A DNA stretch of 64,000 nt from Planktothrix sp. GU0601_MAG3 (GTDB lineage Bacteria; Cyanobacteriota; Cyanobacteriia; Cyanobacteriales; Microcoleaceae): positions 1,312,001 through 1,376,000 of the forward strand of contig CP136572.1 of assembly GCA_035193785.1 (NCBI GenBank), read 5' to 3'. The notes under the pieces are model-generated. The model saw nothing but the letters and a program-made list of their open reading frames with translations. It was not told the origin of the DNA and searched no databases. Position numbers and translations under genes: made by a program. Positions 23,621 to 32,427 of the stretch are shown piece after piece. Every line of letters starts with the position of its first letter. Position 1 is the first letter of the stretch.

Positions 23621-25525
23621 TACTCCCCCCGCTCCATGAGTTGAGCCATTTCTTGATAACGGGTGCGATCGCTATTTGTATTTTGCTGAATTTGCTGTTG
23701 CAAATTAGTTAAGGTTTCTCCGACATTGACAATATTTCCTGTAGTCCCAACTAGGAGTTGTGCTGCTGAAACATTACCCGATACTAACACCTGTCCTGTC
23801 CCGGGTTGTAGCTGAATATTTCCCTTCGACTGAATAGTAATACCCCCCTGATCATCTAAGCGGATGGACTGTCCCGCCTTAGTCCTCACCTCAATTGACC
23901 CATTACTATCATTGAGGCGAATTTGATGACCCTGACTGGTTTGAATATAAATACCTGCCGCCGTTCCATCTTTATCTTCCTCGACAAATTGTAAAGTATG
24001 CTGAGTACGAGTTTTAAATGTTCGTAAGCGGACTTTTCCTTTATCTACCGAGTCTGCAATATTGGCGGGGGGCCGATCTTTGCCATTCCAAACCCCACCA
24101 ATAATATAGGGGCGGTGAATGTCTCCATGTTCAAAGGCAACCAACACCTCATCATTAATTTCAGGTAAACAGTCGAACCCGCGATCTGGGCCAGCCCCTA
24201 CCCCCACCACCCTCGCCCAATAACTCGCATGGGCGGTACTATCTTTTTCCGGGGTCAGGGTCGGAAATTTCACCCGCACCCGTCCCCAACCCTTGGGATC
24301 TTTGTTATCTGTGACAATACCCACCAGATGGGTCTGTCCGGGTCGGAGGCGAGTAGTTGGGGACAGGGTTTGCAGCAAGTTGTCTCCCCGTAGTCCCCGC
24401 ACACTAAATTCTGTTGTGTAAATTCCCTGATAATATAGATGGCGACTTTCCGTAACGTAATAACTGCCACTATACCGACCCATTCTATCTAGTTCCACAA
24501 CTTTCCCCGGTCGGATGCGGGGGTTGCCCAGTCCCCGGGCATCGGCATAGATAAAGTCCCCTTCTAACTCATTAAAAAGTGCCTGTGCCATCACTTCCGC
24601 TTCCTTAATCGTAGCAGTGGGTTGATCCACAACTAATAGTTTAGGTTCAGCAGGGTTCAACCCGAACTTTTGGCTATAGTCCCTACCCTTTCCATATTCG
24701 GTACGGGTCAGAACGTCAGTAGAGACGTGCCATGGCGTGTCTCTAAATTGATTGGTTTCTTTGGGAATCCGGGCAACGATGGGTTCCTTTCTTTCATAGT
24801 CCCAACTCCGTACTTCCACCGCTTTCACTTGTTCGGCACTGGTTAAACGAACACGAAAACTGGTGAAATCTGCCAGCCAAACTAACTTTAAAACTTCGTT
24901 ACTTTTGGGATTGCGAAAATTAAGTTTACCATCTTGGACAAATAGTTCAAACCCAATGCGGGCGGCTCGTTTCCCGCAAAAATGCCATATTCGTTTGATT
25001 TTCTTGAAAAACGTATTCATGTTTTTTCCCACTAGAGTCAATGGCATGGGTTTGAATTCCTACTTCTTCGGCGATTTTTTTGACAATATCGGCATCGGTA
25101 TAATCTTGAAACGAGCGAATATAAAGTCCTCGATGTAAGCGATGGGAAATATCATAACCTCGAATTACAATCGGAGCTTGAGTTTGTCCTGTGAAATGAG
25201 TTTCTATTGCTGTAATTTCTCCTTCAATTAAATAGGTTTGCTGATTATTATTTTGTTCAGAATCAGAATTCGTACTGGGGATAAAACCAATTTTAATAAC
25301 CTTACCAATTTGGATAATGTCCTGATCATATTTCCAAGTTTTTGTCTCTTGATCCGTGGCGGCGTAGGGATTATTGACAACTACGGTAAACATGGCGGGT
25401 AAATGCAAACTTTCTTCTACGGAAATTTGCAGGATATCCCGCCTAAAATTATTCATTAAGTCTGGATCAACTCCATCAACTGTAATAATAGGAGTAGAGA
25501 CATAATCCGTTGCTTGTGAAGTCAT
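23620..25525 (-). CDS. vgrG: VgrG/Afp8-like central spike protein; apparent +1 error at 24969
   Basis: gp27-like part (VEESLHLPAMF, FQENQTNMAFLRERAARIG after correction) and gp5 OB-fold (GIVTDNKDPKGWGRVRVKFP, LPEINDEVLVAFEHGD). Confidence 0.93.
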
Positions 25526-25577
25526 AAAACAACCTATTTGATCAAGGTTAAATACAGGCAAATTACAATAAAAGTGA

Positions 25578-26450
25578 TTAAACAACGAATTTTTGGCGCT
25601 CGCTGAAGGCTCTACTTGCCACACCTAAATCTACTTCTTCTAAGGTAATGGTAACCATGGCTCGCACGGGTGTTCCATTGGGTAAAAACATGGTTAATTT
25701 ATAGTCTAATTGTTTGATCATACAACACATATAATTCTTTTCTCCCCAAATAAAATAAAAAACAGGAGGTCGTCTTGTTTCTAAGGTCTGACTACCCACT
25801 TTTTCGGAACCGTATTCTCTATAACCCAAGACATTTTTTCCCCCGACCGATCCTACAAAGGATTTCATTGCTGTTTCCGATGAACTTAATTTAACCAGCC
25901 TTTCTTGGTATCCACCAGAAGTTTTTGGCTCTGCAAAAGGATCTTTGAATTTAGAAAAATCCACGGCATCTAACAATGATTGAATTCTATTCAGAACGCT
26001 TGTCCCGGTTTCGTAAGTATCAAATAAAATCCCTGACAAAGTAAGTTTATAAGCCTCAATAGAGCCAAAGTTAACTTTGGGTAAGCCCCTTTGTGTTCTC
26101 GATCCCTCCATTGTTTTAATCGTCACAGATCGGCTTAAACTCAAATCAGTGGGATTGAACATAAAGTTAATCGGAGAAGCTGCTTCACCCGTTCTCGGTA
26201 TGAGAGCGGCTTTAACTAATCTTTTATCAGCAGCTTGTTGAGCATCATAAAGATTTTTGGCTAGATTTTTATAATTGGCTTCTTCCTGGGTAAACTGCTG
26301 ATCTCTTGCTAGATCCTTTGCTGCGGCAGCTTCTAAAATTTGTATATCCGCCGCTTCGAGCATAGCATTTTTCATTGCTGTTTGCAGTGTTGAAGCGACT
26401 GCTGATACTGTTGCCGCCACTGGTGATTTTGATGAACTTGATTGAGCCAT
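25578..26450 (-). CDS. CIS tube-initiator/hub protein (Afp7-like), no LysM seen
   Basis: FMFNPTDL, LFDTYE and RPP..YFIWG...LTMFLPNGTPVRAMVTITLEE motifs. Confidence 0.85.
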   Translation of the reverse strand: MAQSSSSKSPVAATVSAVASTLQTAMKNAMLEAADIQILEAAAAKDLARDQQFTQEEANYKNLAKNLYDAQQAADKRLVKAALIPRTGEAASPINFMFNPTDLSLSRSVTIKTMEGSRTQRGLPKVNFGSIEAYKLTLSGILFDTYETGTSVLNRIQSLLDAVDFSKFKDPFAEPKTSGGYQERLVKLSSSETAMKSFVGSVGGKNVLGYREYGSEKVGSQTLETRRPPVFYFIWGEKNYMCCMIKQLDYKLTMFLPNGTPVRAMVTITLEEVDLGVASRAFSERQKFVV

Positions 26451-26489
26451 GTTTTTCTCCTATTCTATGGGATTTAAAATAATCGACGA

Positions 26490-28880
26490 TCATAAGATGA
26501 AACCTCGTCGCTCCCTTTCTATTTCAAAACGTTGTCGGACAAGGCCATAAATTTCTCTAGCCAAGACTTCTACTTGATCTGTTTTAGTTTCCGCCTGTTT
26601 TGTTTCCTCACGATGTACCTCACTGATCAACGAAACCCGAGACTCTTCCATCCCTATATTTGAGGGAGTGAGAGTCTGAACAGGTTCAGCTTTACGACTA
26701 GCAGTTTTTTGTTCCTGTTGTAACCTAGTTTGGATCGTCTTTTCCATAAGTGCTTTTACAGGAGTTGGCTGCTGTTGTAAATCTAAACTGTGAATTCCCG
26801 CAACACCCCTAGTAATTCCTGGGGGTAGCAGCATCCCAGTCCGAATATCCGACATCCGATGCGGGCGTTTCTGATGCTTCGCTTGCCTCCCTTCTTTTTC
26901 GGAGAAAGCTTGGACAACAGTTGGTTCACTTGGCGTTGAATTGCTTTCACCGAGCAATTCTTCAATACTTGACCAAGAATCAGGAACATCTGAGGTTGAG
27001 AAATCGCTTTCTTGCCGTTGAATCATTATACCTTGTGTTGATGATTTATTATTAAAAATAGGTTCGGATTTTGGCTGTATATTAGTCTTTGATAGAGAAG
27101 CAAACTGATCAAAATTATCTGAAACATTTTCATGTTCATTTTTTGACAGCATGGGATTAGTTTCAAGGAAGGAATTTTCTGAGATCAATTTGGATGTTTG
27201 AACTAAAGGTTGGGAAATACCTAAAGGTTGGCTAGTGGTAATATTTTCTAATACTTGGGGGAGTTGAGGAATGGCACCAGGTTGTTTTAACAATTGTGCA
27301 ACAGTTTGATTTTCCGTTTGTTTTTGGAGAGGAGAAACCGGATTTTCTGGCGTAATAGTATCAGAAAAATGAATATTTTTTGTGAGATTAATGATTGATG
27401 GGGATTCAGTTTGGGGAATATTATCAACGGTGGAATCCGATTGTTTTTGGAGAGGGGAATTATTAGCAATTTCTGGGTTAACAATATCTGTGGGATTAAT
27501 TGTAGAATCCGGTTGTTTTTGGATAGGTAAATAATTAGGAATTTCTGGGTTAATAATATCCGTAGGATTAATTATTGATGGGGATTCAGTTTGGGAAATG
27601 TTATCAACGGTAAAATCCGCTTGTTTTTGGATAGGTGAATAATTAGGAATTTCTGGGTTAACAATATCTGTAGGATTAATTTTAGAATCCGGTTGTTTTT
27701 GGAGGGAGGAATAATTAGGAATTTCTGGGTTAATAATATCTGTGGGGTTAATTGTAGAATCCAGTTGTTTTTGGAGAGAGGAATCATTAGCAATTTCTGG
27801 GTTAATAATATCTGTGGGGTTAATTGTAGAATCCAGTTGTTTTTGGAGAGAGGAATCATTAGCAATTTCTGGATTAATTGTAGAATCCGATTGTTTTTGG
27901 AGGGAGGAATAATTAGGAATTTCTGGGTCAATAATATCCCCAGGATTAATGATTGATGGGGATTCAGTTTGGCGAATATTATCAACGGTGGAATCTGGTT
28001 GTTTTTGGAGAGGGGAATTATTAGCAATTTCTGGGTTAACAATATCTGTGGGATTAATTGTAGAATCCGGTTGTTTTTGGATAGGTAAATAATTAGGAAT
28101 TTCTGGGTTAATAATATCCGTAGGATTAATTATTGATGGGGATTCAGTTTGGCGAATATTATCAACGGTGGAATCTGGTTGTTTTTGGAGAGGGGAATAA
28201 TTAGGAATTTCTGGGTTAATAATATCCGTGGGATTAATTGTAGAATCCGATTGTTTTTGGAGGGAGGAATAATCGGAAACTTCTGGCGTTACTAGCTCAG
28301 GAAAATCACTATCTTTTGAGAGATCGACAGGTTCTTTTTTGACTATTTTTTCTCTGGGAAATTCCGATTTTTTTTGAAATAAATGAGATGTAGAACTTTT
28401 GATATTTTGAGTGATAGAGTTTTTTTGTGTTTTTTGATCTATCCGAAAAGGAAAAATAGTTTCTGCTGGTTGTTGTCGGGGTAATTCCGAGTCTGAGGAT
28501 GGGGTTTCTGTTGGTTGTTGTAGGGGTGATTCTGAGAAGAGTTGAATTGGGATTGAAGGGGGTACAATTTTGTCCGATGGCGGCTCAATAATTGGTAGAT
28601 TTTCAGTTAATGAATTTTTGGTAAATGGCCGAAATTCATTGGGGTCAGAATCCTGCCAATTTTCATTATCCTGAAAGTTTTGTAATAGGGTTTGATTGGG
28701 AGAAATTAATGACCAATTAATTAGGTTAATTGACCGTGAACCCAGAGGTGATATTGATTGCAGGGACAAAAAGTTCTGTCCCAAAGTCGTTGGGGTCAAA
28801 AGAGGATTTTTAATTCCTAGAGCTTCTTCTTCTGAGGTGTTTTTGGCACTTTCTTGATTAATATTTTGTTGATTTTTCAT
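26490..28880 (-). CDS. Low-complexity repeat protein with 12 xQKQ repeats and a C-terminal LAREIY...EIERERRG motif (candidate tape-measure or lumen protein)
   Basis: Intact 796-aa ORF; repeats at about 27310-28270; lies between tube and tube-initiator genes. Confidence 0.7.
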   Translation of the reverse strand: MKNQQNINQESAKNTSEEEALGIKNPLLTPTTLGQNFLSLQSISPLGSRSINLINWSLISPNQTLLQNFQDNENWQDSDPNEFRPFTKNSLTENLPIIEPPSDKIVPPSIPIQLFSESPLQQPTETPSSDSELPRQQPAETIFPFRIDQKTQKNSITQNIKSSTSHLFQKKSEFPREKIVKKEPVDLSKDSDFPELVTPEVSDYSSLQKQSDSTINPTDIINPEIPNYSPLQKQPDSTVDNIRQTESPSIINPTDIINPEIPNYLPIQKQPDSTINPTDIVNPEIANNSPLQKQPDSTVDNIRQTESPSIINPGDIIDPEIPNYSSLQKQSDSTINPEIANDSSLQKQLDSTINPTDIINPEIANDSSLQKQLDSTINPTDIINPEIPNYSSLQKQPDSKINPTDIVNPEIPNYSPIQKQADFTVDNISQTESPSIINPTDIINPEIPNYLPIQKQPDSTINPTDIVNPEIANNSPLQKQSDSTVDNIPQTESPSIINLTKNIHFSDTITPENPVSPLQKQTENQTVAQLLKQPGAIPQLPQVLENITTSQPLGISQPLVQTSKLISENSFLETNPMLSKNEHENVSDNFDQFASLSKTNIQPKSEPIFNNKSSTQGIMIQRQESDFSTSDVPDSWSSIEELLGESNSTPSEPTVVQAFSEKEGRQAKHQKRPHRMSDIRTGMLLPPGITRGVAGIHSLDLQQQPTPVKALMEKTIQTRLQQEQKTASRKAEPVQTLTPSNIGMEESRVSLISEVHREETKQAETKTDQVEVLAREIYGLVRQRFEIERERRGFIL

Positions 28881-28907
28881 CGACTCAGCTATTAATAAAA
28901 TACCTGT

Positions 28908-29417
28908 CTAATTACTAGGAAAAAACCCAGAACTACCTCGGCTTAAACCAACACTTGCCCGACCTCCTCCTTGGTTGGTTTTAACTTGTAAACCTTCATA
29001 GGCTAAAGTTAATTCTTCAATCGCAACTGAGTTGCCATCGGCTTGAAATCCTGGGGCTTTCCAACTAATCGGAACCGCACCAATTAATGTCCAACACATC
29101 ATGGTTTCTCCAGCTTGATTGAAGAGCAATATATTAACATTTCGACGGCTTTTTGGTACCTCACTCATAATAGAATTAATCCATTGCCAAAATGTTAAGT
29201 CATCAGTCATTCCCCGTTTGAGGGTGACATCGGTAAATTCAGCATGACCTAAAATAATTCTTTGTTGATCGTTAACACCTCCTTCTAAATAGGTTTCTTT
29301 TTTAACATTAACTCCTAAACCAGAACAATCGGTAAAGGAGGCCTTAACTTCACTTTCCATTTCCACATAGAAGCGATTAACGGTAATATAATTTTTTTGC
29401 ATGATTTTTGTATTCAA
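28908..29417 (-). CDS. T4 gp19-like tail tube protein (Afp5-like, baseplate-proximal)
   Basis: RFYVE...F..CSGL...EGGVN...VTLKRG...W.L.GAVP..W...AIEELTLAYE. Confidence 0.93.
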   Translation of the reverse strand: MNTKIMQKNYITVNRFYVEMESEVKASFTDCSGLGVNVKKETYLEGGVNDQQRIILGHAEFTDVTLKRGMTDDLTFWQWINSIMSEVPKSRRNVNILLFNQAGETMMCWTLIGAVPISWKAPGFQADGNSVAIEELTLAYEGLQVKTNQGGGRASVGLSRGSSGFFPSN

Positions 29418-29674
29418 CCTCTATAATTCATACTACGTTCTTTTTGCCAACGTAAATCTTCTAACATCAGTTGATAAATTCGGTCAGCTAACAACCGCAT
29501 TTTCAAAGGGTCGTTTCTGATTTCTTCGGCAATATTACAGAGGTGATCAAAATTAGTTTCAGAGTCACTATCAGGCTGGTTACTCTGAATTTTAGCTGAG
29601 GCACCGTAACCCGCAGGAGCATTTAATTCGCTGATGGGTTTCCAATTCGGCGGAGTGTCTTGATTGAATGTCAT
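29414..29674 (-). CDS. Small CIS-associated hypothetical protein
   Basis: 86 aa; LADRIYQLMLEDLRWQKER resembles the C-terminus of the 796-aa protein; stop codon overlaps the tube gene start. Confidence 0.7.
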   Translation of the reverse strand: MTFNQDTPPNWKPISELNAPAGYGASAKIQSNQPDSDSETNFDHLCNIAEEIRNDPLKMRLLADRIYQLMLEDLRWQKERSMNYRG

Positions 29675-29779
29675 AATAAGCGAACCTCTGCCAATTATGC
29701 CTAGTATAAAAAATCGGGGGTCGGTAGGTATTAACCAAAGGTCGAATCTTGGTCACGGATTAAATGGATTTCACGAATT

Positions 29780-32185
29780 TCACGGATTAAGAATAGGTAT
29801 AATACCGGTTTTACTTAGTAATTCTTGGCTTTCTTGGGTGTTCAAAATTTCGGCAAACCGATCACCGATGGCTTCTCGACGGTTATCGCGCCTGAAAATA
29901 ACCGCCAGGGGATAGGCTAGGGGATAATTACCTGTCTGAAAGGCTTGGTAATCTGGGTAATAACTGCCTTTTTGACTGCACAAGTCGGTGGTTGGATCTA
30001 TCGGTTGGCGATTTTCTTGGATCAGGGGTTGAATGAACTTGTTATGGCGATCGCCTACTGCTAAAGGATACACTGAACACTGGCCAAATACTTGAGAGAT
30101 CGCCCCAAACCCGATTGCCCCTATTTGTTCGTTTTCAAACTCTTGCAAAACAGTCCGCAACGCTGAAATAGTTGATAATTGTATGATTTGCGGCAGATTT
30201 CCCTCGGAATTTCCGGATCGAGATGTGCGATCGCCCCTTTCTACCATTTTTCTAAATTGTGCAATTAATTCGGCTTCTTGAAGGACGCGATCCTCAAAAA
30301 GACGGATCGCTTCTTGACTGGGGGGAATATACAGCCGCACGGGTAAGTCTGGCCCCCCTAACTGTTGCCAGTTGGTAATCCTTCCGGTGTAGAGTTGTTG
30401 CAATTGTTGAATGCTAATTTGGCCGTTAAGATATTTCGGGAGAGACAAATCCCGTTGTTCATAACTAAAGGGAACGTAAACGGCCAAACCGTCATAGGCA
30501 AAGGTTCGCGCCTTGAGATCGTTGCTAAGATTGGTTGTCAGACTACTAATGGCAAAATCAACATTTCCTAATTTAACTTCCTTGATCGCTTTTTCCCCTG
30601 TGGGTTGGGGTAGATATTTTAACTGAAGTTGAGGCCGTCGTTCGGCAAATTCGGCTTCTAAGGTTTGATCTTTTTGAATTAGGTTAGGTTGTCGCCAGAC
30701 ATAATTCCAAATCCCATTCTCTTCGCCACTATAAGTAAATTTCCCCGTCGGAACTCCAGCCACATCACTAATACAGCAAGTCGGAATATTACTCTTAGCC
30801 ATTGCTACGGGTCGCCGCCACAGCCACCAGGCTAACCCACTCACCAACAAACCGACAAGGAAAAATAGCAACAGCCACCACCACCAATTTTTCCGGCGTT
30901 TACGGGCTTCTGACCCTGGTAAAGACGTGTCATGGAGTGTCTCTACTATGAGGTTTTCTTCGGGTAAGTTTAACAGCGCACGACGGGCTTCTGTGGCACT
31001 ATTAAAGGGGGTATCGAGTTCTAATAAACGCAATAAAAACAATTTCAGGGCTATATCCGTTTTACCCCAATCTTGACTTAATTTAGGGTCGAAGAAGCGA
31101 TCATTTTGATCCCGTTCACCCCCTGCTAATAGGTAAAAACAGACATAACCTAATGCTTTTAAATCCTGGGGGACGGTGGGAATTAGACGCACGGATGGGG
31201 GGGGATCAAATAACCTTTCCCAAAGGGCTAAATCTCCTAAATAAACGCGAAATTGAGGATCATGGAAATAAAGTTGTTCTTGAGGTGAAATAAACAGACT
31301 ATCAAGACTCAGATTGCCATGAACAAGACGGGCTTGAATTTGGCCGTTTGGTAAGCGGAATTTTTGACCGTGAAGGTATTCTAAACTTTGCAGCACTTGG
31401 TTGAGAAAGTAACGCATTGGGCGAGAAGACATTGCCCCTTTGCGAGTTAAATAGGTGCGGGCGGTGATGCCATCATTAATAGTAGTAATTAGATAGCATC
31501 TTTCCCGATCATTACGATCGCTAATCGCTTCTATAACTTCTGAGATCCGTCCGGTTTGGATTCTACCATCAGCGTGTGTTATACCACTAATATTTTCAAA
31601 GGCAATTTGGGTTTGAATTGCTTCTTTTTCGTTAAAATAACGTTTAGGAAGTAAATATTCTTGAATCATAACGGGTTGTTCTTCTAATAACTGAATCCCG
31701 GTATAAATTCGCTTCTGACCTCGACTATTTATAAAGCGTTCAATTCGATAACGTCCCCGTTTCCCTTGAATTTCTCCTAGGGAGGGTAAGGGGGTGGGAA
31801 ATCCACATTTGGGGCAGGATTTTAGTTCAGGATTATCTGCGATCGCTGTGCGAGGTTCTTGACAGTTTAAAGGGTTTTTAAATGGACAGCGATATTTTTC
31901 ATAAAGCGATAAACTACCCGGTGGAAATTCTTCCTCTATTTCAAGGGATGGGGGAATTTCTTCGGCGGCGGTTTCTTCTTCGGTTTCCGGTCTAAATAAG
32001 TCCCTAACATCTTCTTGAATTAAGGGCAAAAACCAGCGTAGGGAAGGAGGTATTAGATAATAAAGTCCGTAGCGCAATCCGTAGGTTAAATAGCTCAATC
32101 TACCGGTGATTGTCCACATTCCTTGTCTTTTGAATTCTTCGACGCTACGCCGGGGAACTTTGGGTTTGAATTTGGGTAATGTCAC
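29780..32185 (-). CDS. Ser/Thr kinase-like (pseudokinase) - TM - PstS/PBP-like substrate-binding domain fusion
   Basis: CPKCGFP Zn-ribbon, kinase-like RYRI...QEYLL...QSLEYLH...HGNLSLDSL...DLA, TM WWWWLLLFFLVG..., and PBP motifs FAYDGLAVYV, ITNWQQLGGPDLP, YPLAYPLAV. Confidence 0.85.
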   Translation of the reverse strand: MTLPKFKPKVPRRSVEEFKRQGMWTITGRLSYLTYGLRYGLYYLIPPSLRWFLPLIQEDVRDLFRPETEEETAAEEIPPSLEIEEEFPPGSLSLYEKYRCPFKNPLNCQEPRTAIADNPELKSCPKCGFPTPLPSLGEIQGKRGRYRIERFINSRGQKRIYTGIQLLEEQPVMIQEYLLPKRYFNEKEAIQTQIAFENISGITHADGRIQTGRISEVIEAISDRNDRERCYLITTINDGITARTYLTRKGAMSSRPMRYFLNQVLQSLEYLHGQKFRLPNGQIQARLVHGNLSLDSLFISPQEQLYFHDPQFRVYLGDLALWERLFDPPPSVRLIPTVPQDLKALGYVCFYLLAGGERDQNDRFFDPKLSQDWGKTDIALKLFLLRLLELDTPFNSATEARRALLNLPEENLIVETLHDTSLPGSEARKRRKNWWWWLLLFFLVGLLVSGLAWWLWRRPVAMAKSNIPTCCISDVAGVPTGKFTYSGEENGIWNYVWRQPNLIQKDQTLEAEFAERRPQLQLKYLPQPTGEKAIKEVKLGNVDFAISSLTTNLSNDLKARTFAYDGLAVYVPFSYEQRDLSLPKYLNGQISIQQLQQLYTGRITNWQQLGGPDLPVRLYIPPSQEAIRLFEDRVLQEAELIAQFRKMVERGDRTSRSGNSEGNLPQIIQLSTISALRTVLQEFENEQIGAIGFGAISQVFGQCSVYPLAVGDRHNKFIQPLIQENRQPIDPTTDLCSQKGSYYPDYQAFQTGNYPLAYPLAVIFRRDNRREAIGDRFAEILNTQESQELLSKTGIIPILNP

Positions 32186-32205
32186 GATTTATTATGGGTA
32201 ATGGG

Positions 32206-32427
32206 GATCACGGATTTAAGCGGATTACGCAGATTAACACAGATTAAAATCTGAACACGGATTTAATAGGATTACGCTGATTAACACAGATTAAAATCTG
32301 AACACGGATTTAATAGGATTACGCTGATTAACACAGATTAAAATCTGAACACGGATTTAATAGGATTACGCTGATTAACACAGATTAAAATCCGTGAAAT
32401 CCGTGAAATCCTCTTAAATCCGTGATC
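32206..32427. repeat. Four tandem 47-bp units bounded by inverted GGATCACGGATTTAAG ends
   Basis: Units start at 32209, 32256, 32303 and 32350; the right end CTTAAATCCGTGATCC is the reverse complement of the left end. Confidence 0.9.

Noticed and set aside
29780..30790. Phosphate ABC transporter pstS
   Set aside because: The domain is fused to a kinase-like region through a TM helix, and there are no pstCAB genes nearby
32206..32427. CRISPR array
   Set aside because: Units are contiguous and near-identical with no unique spacers, and there are no cas genes
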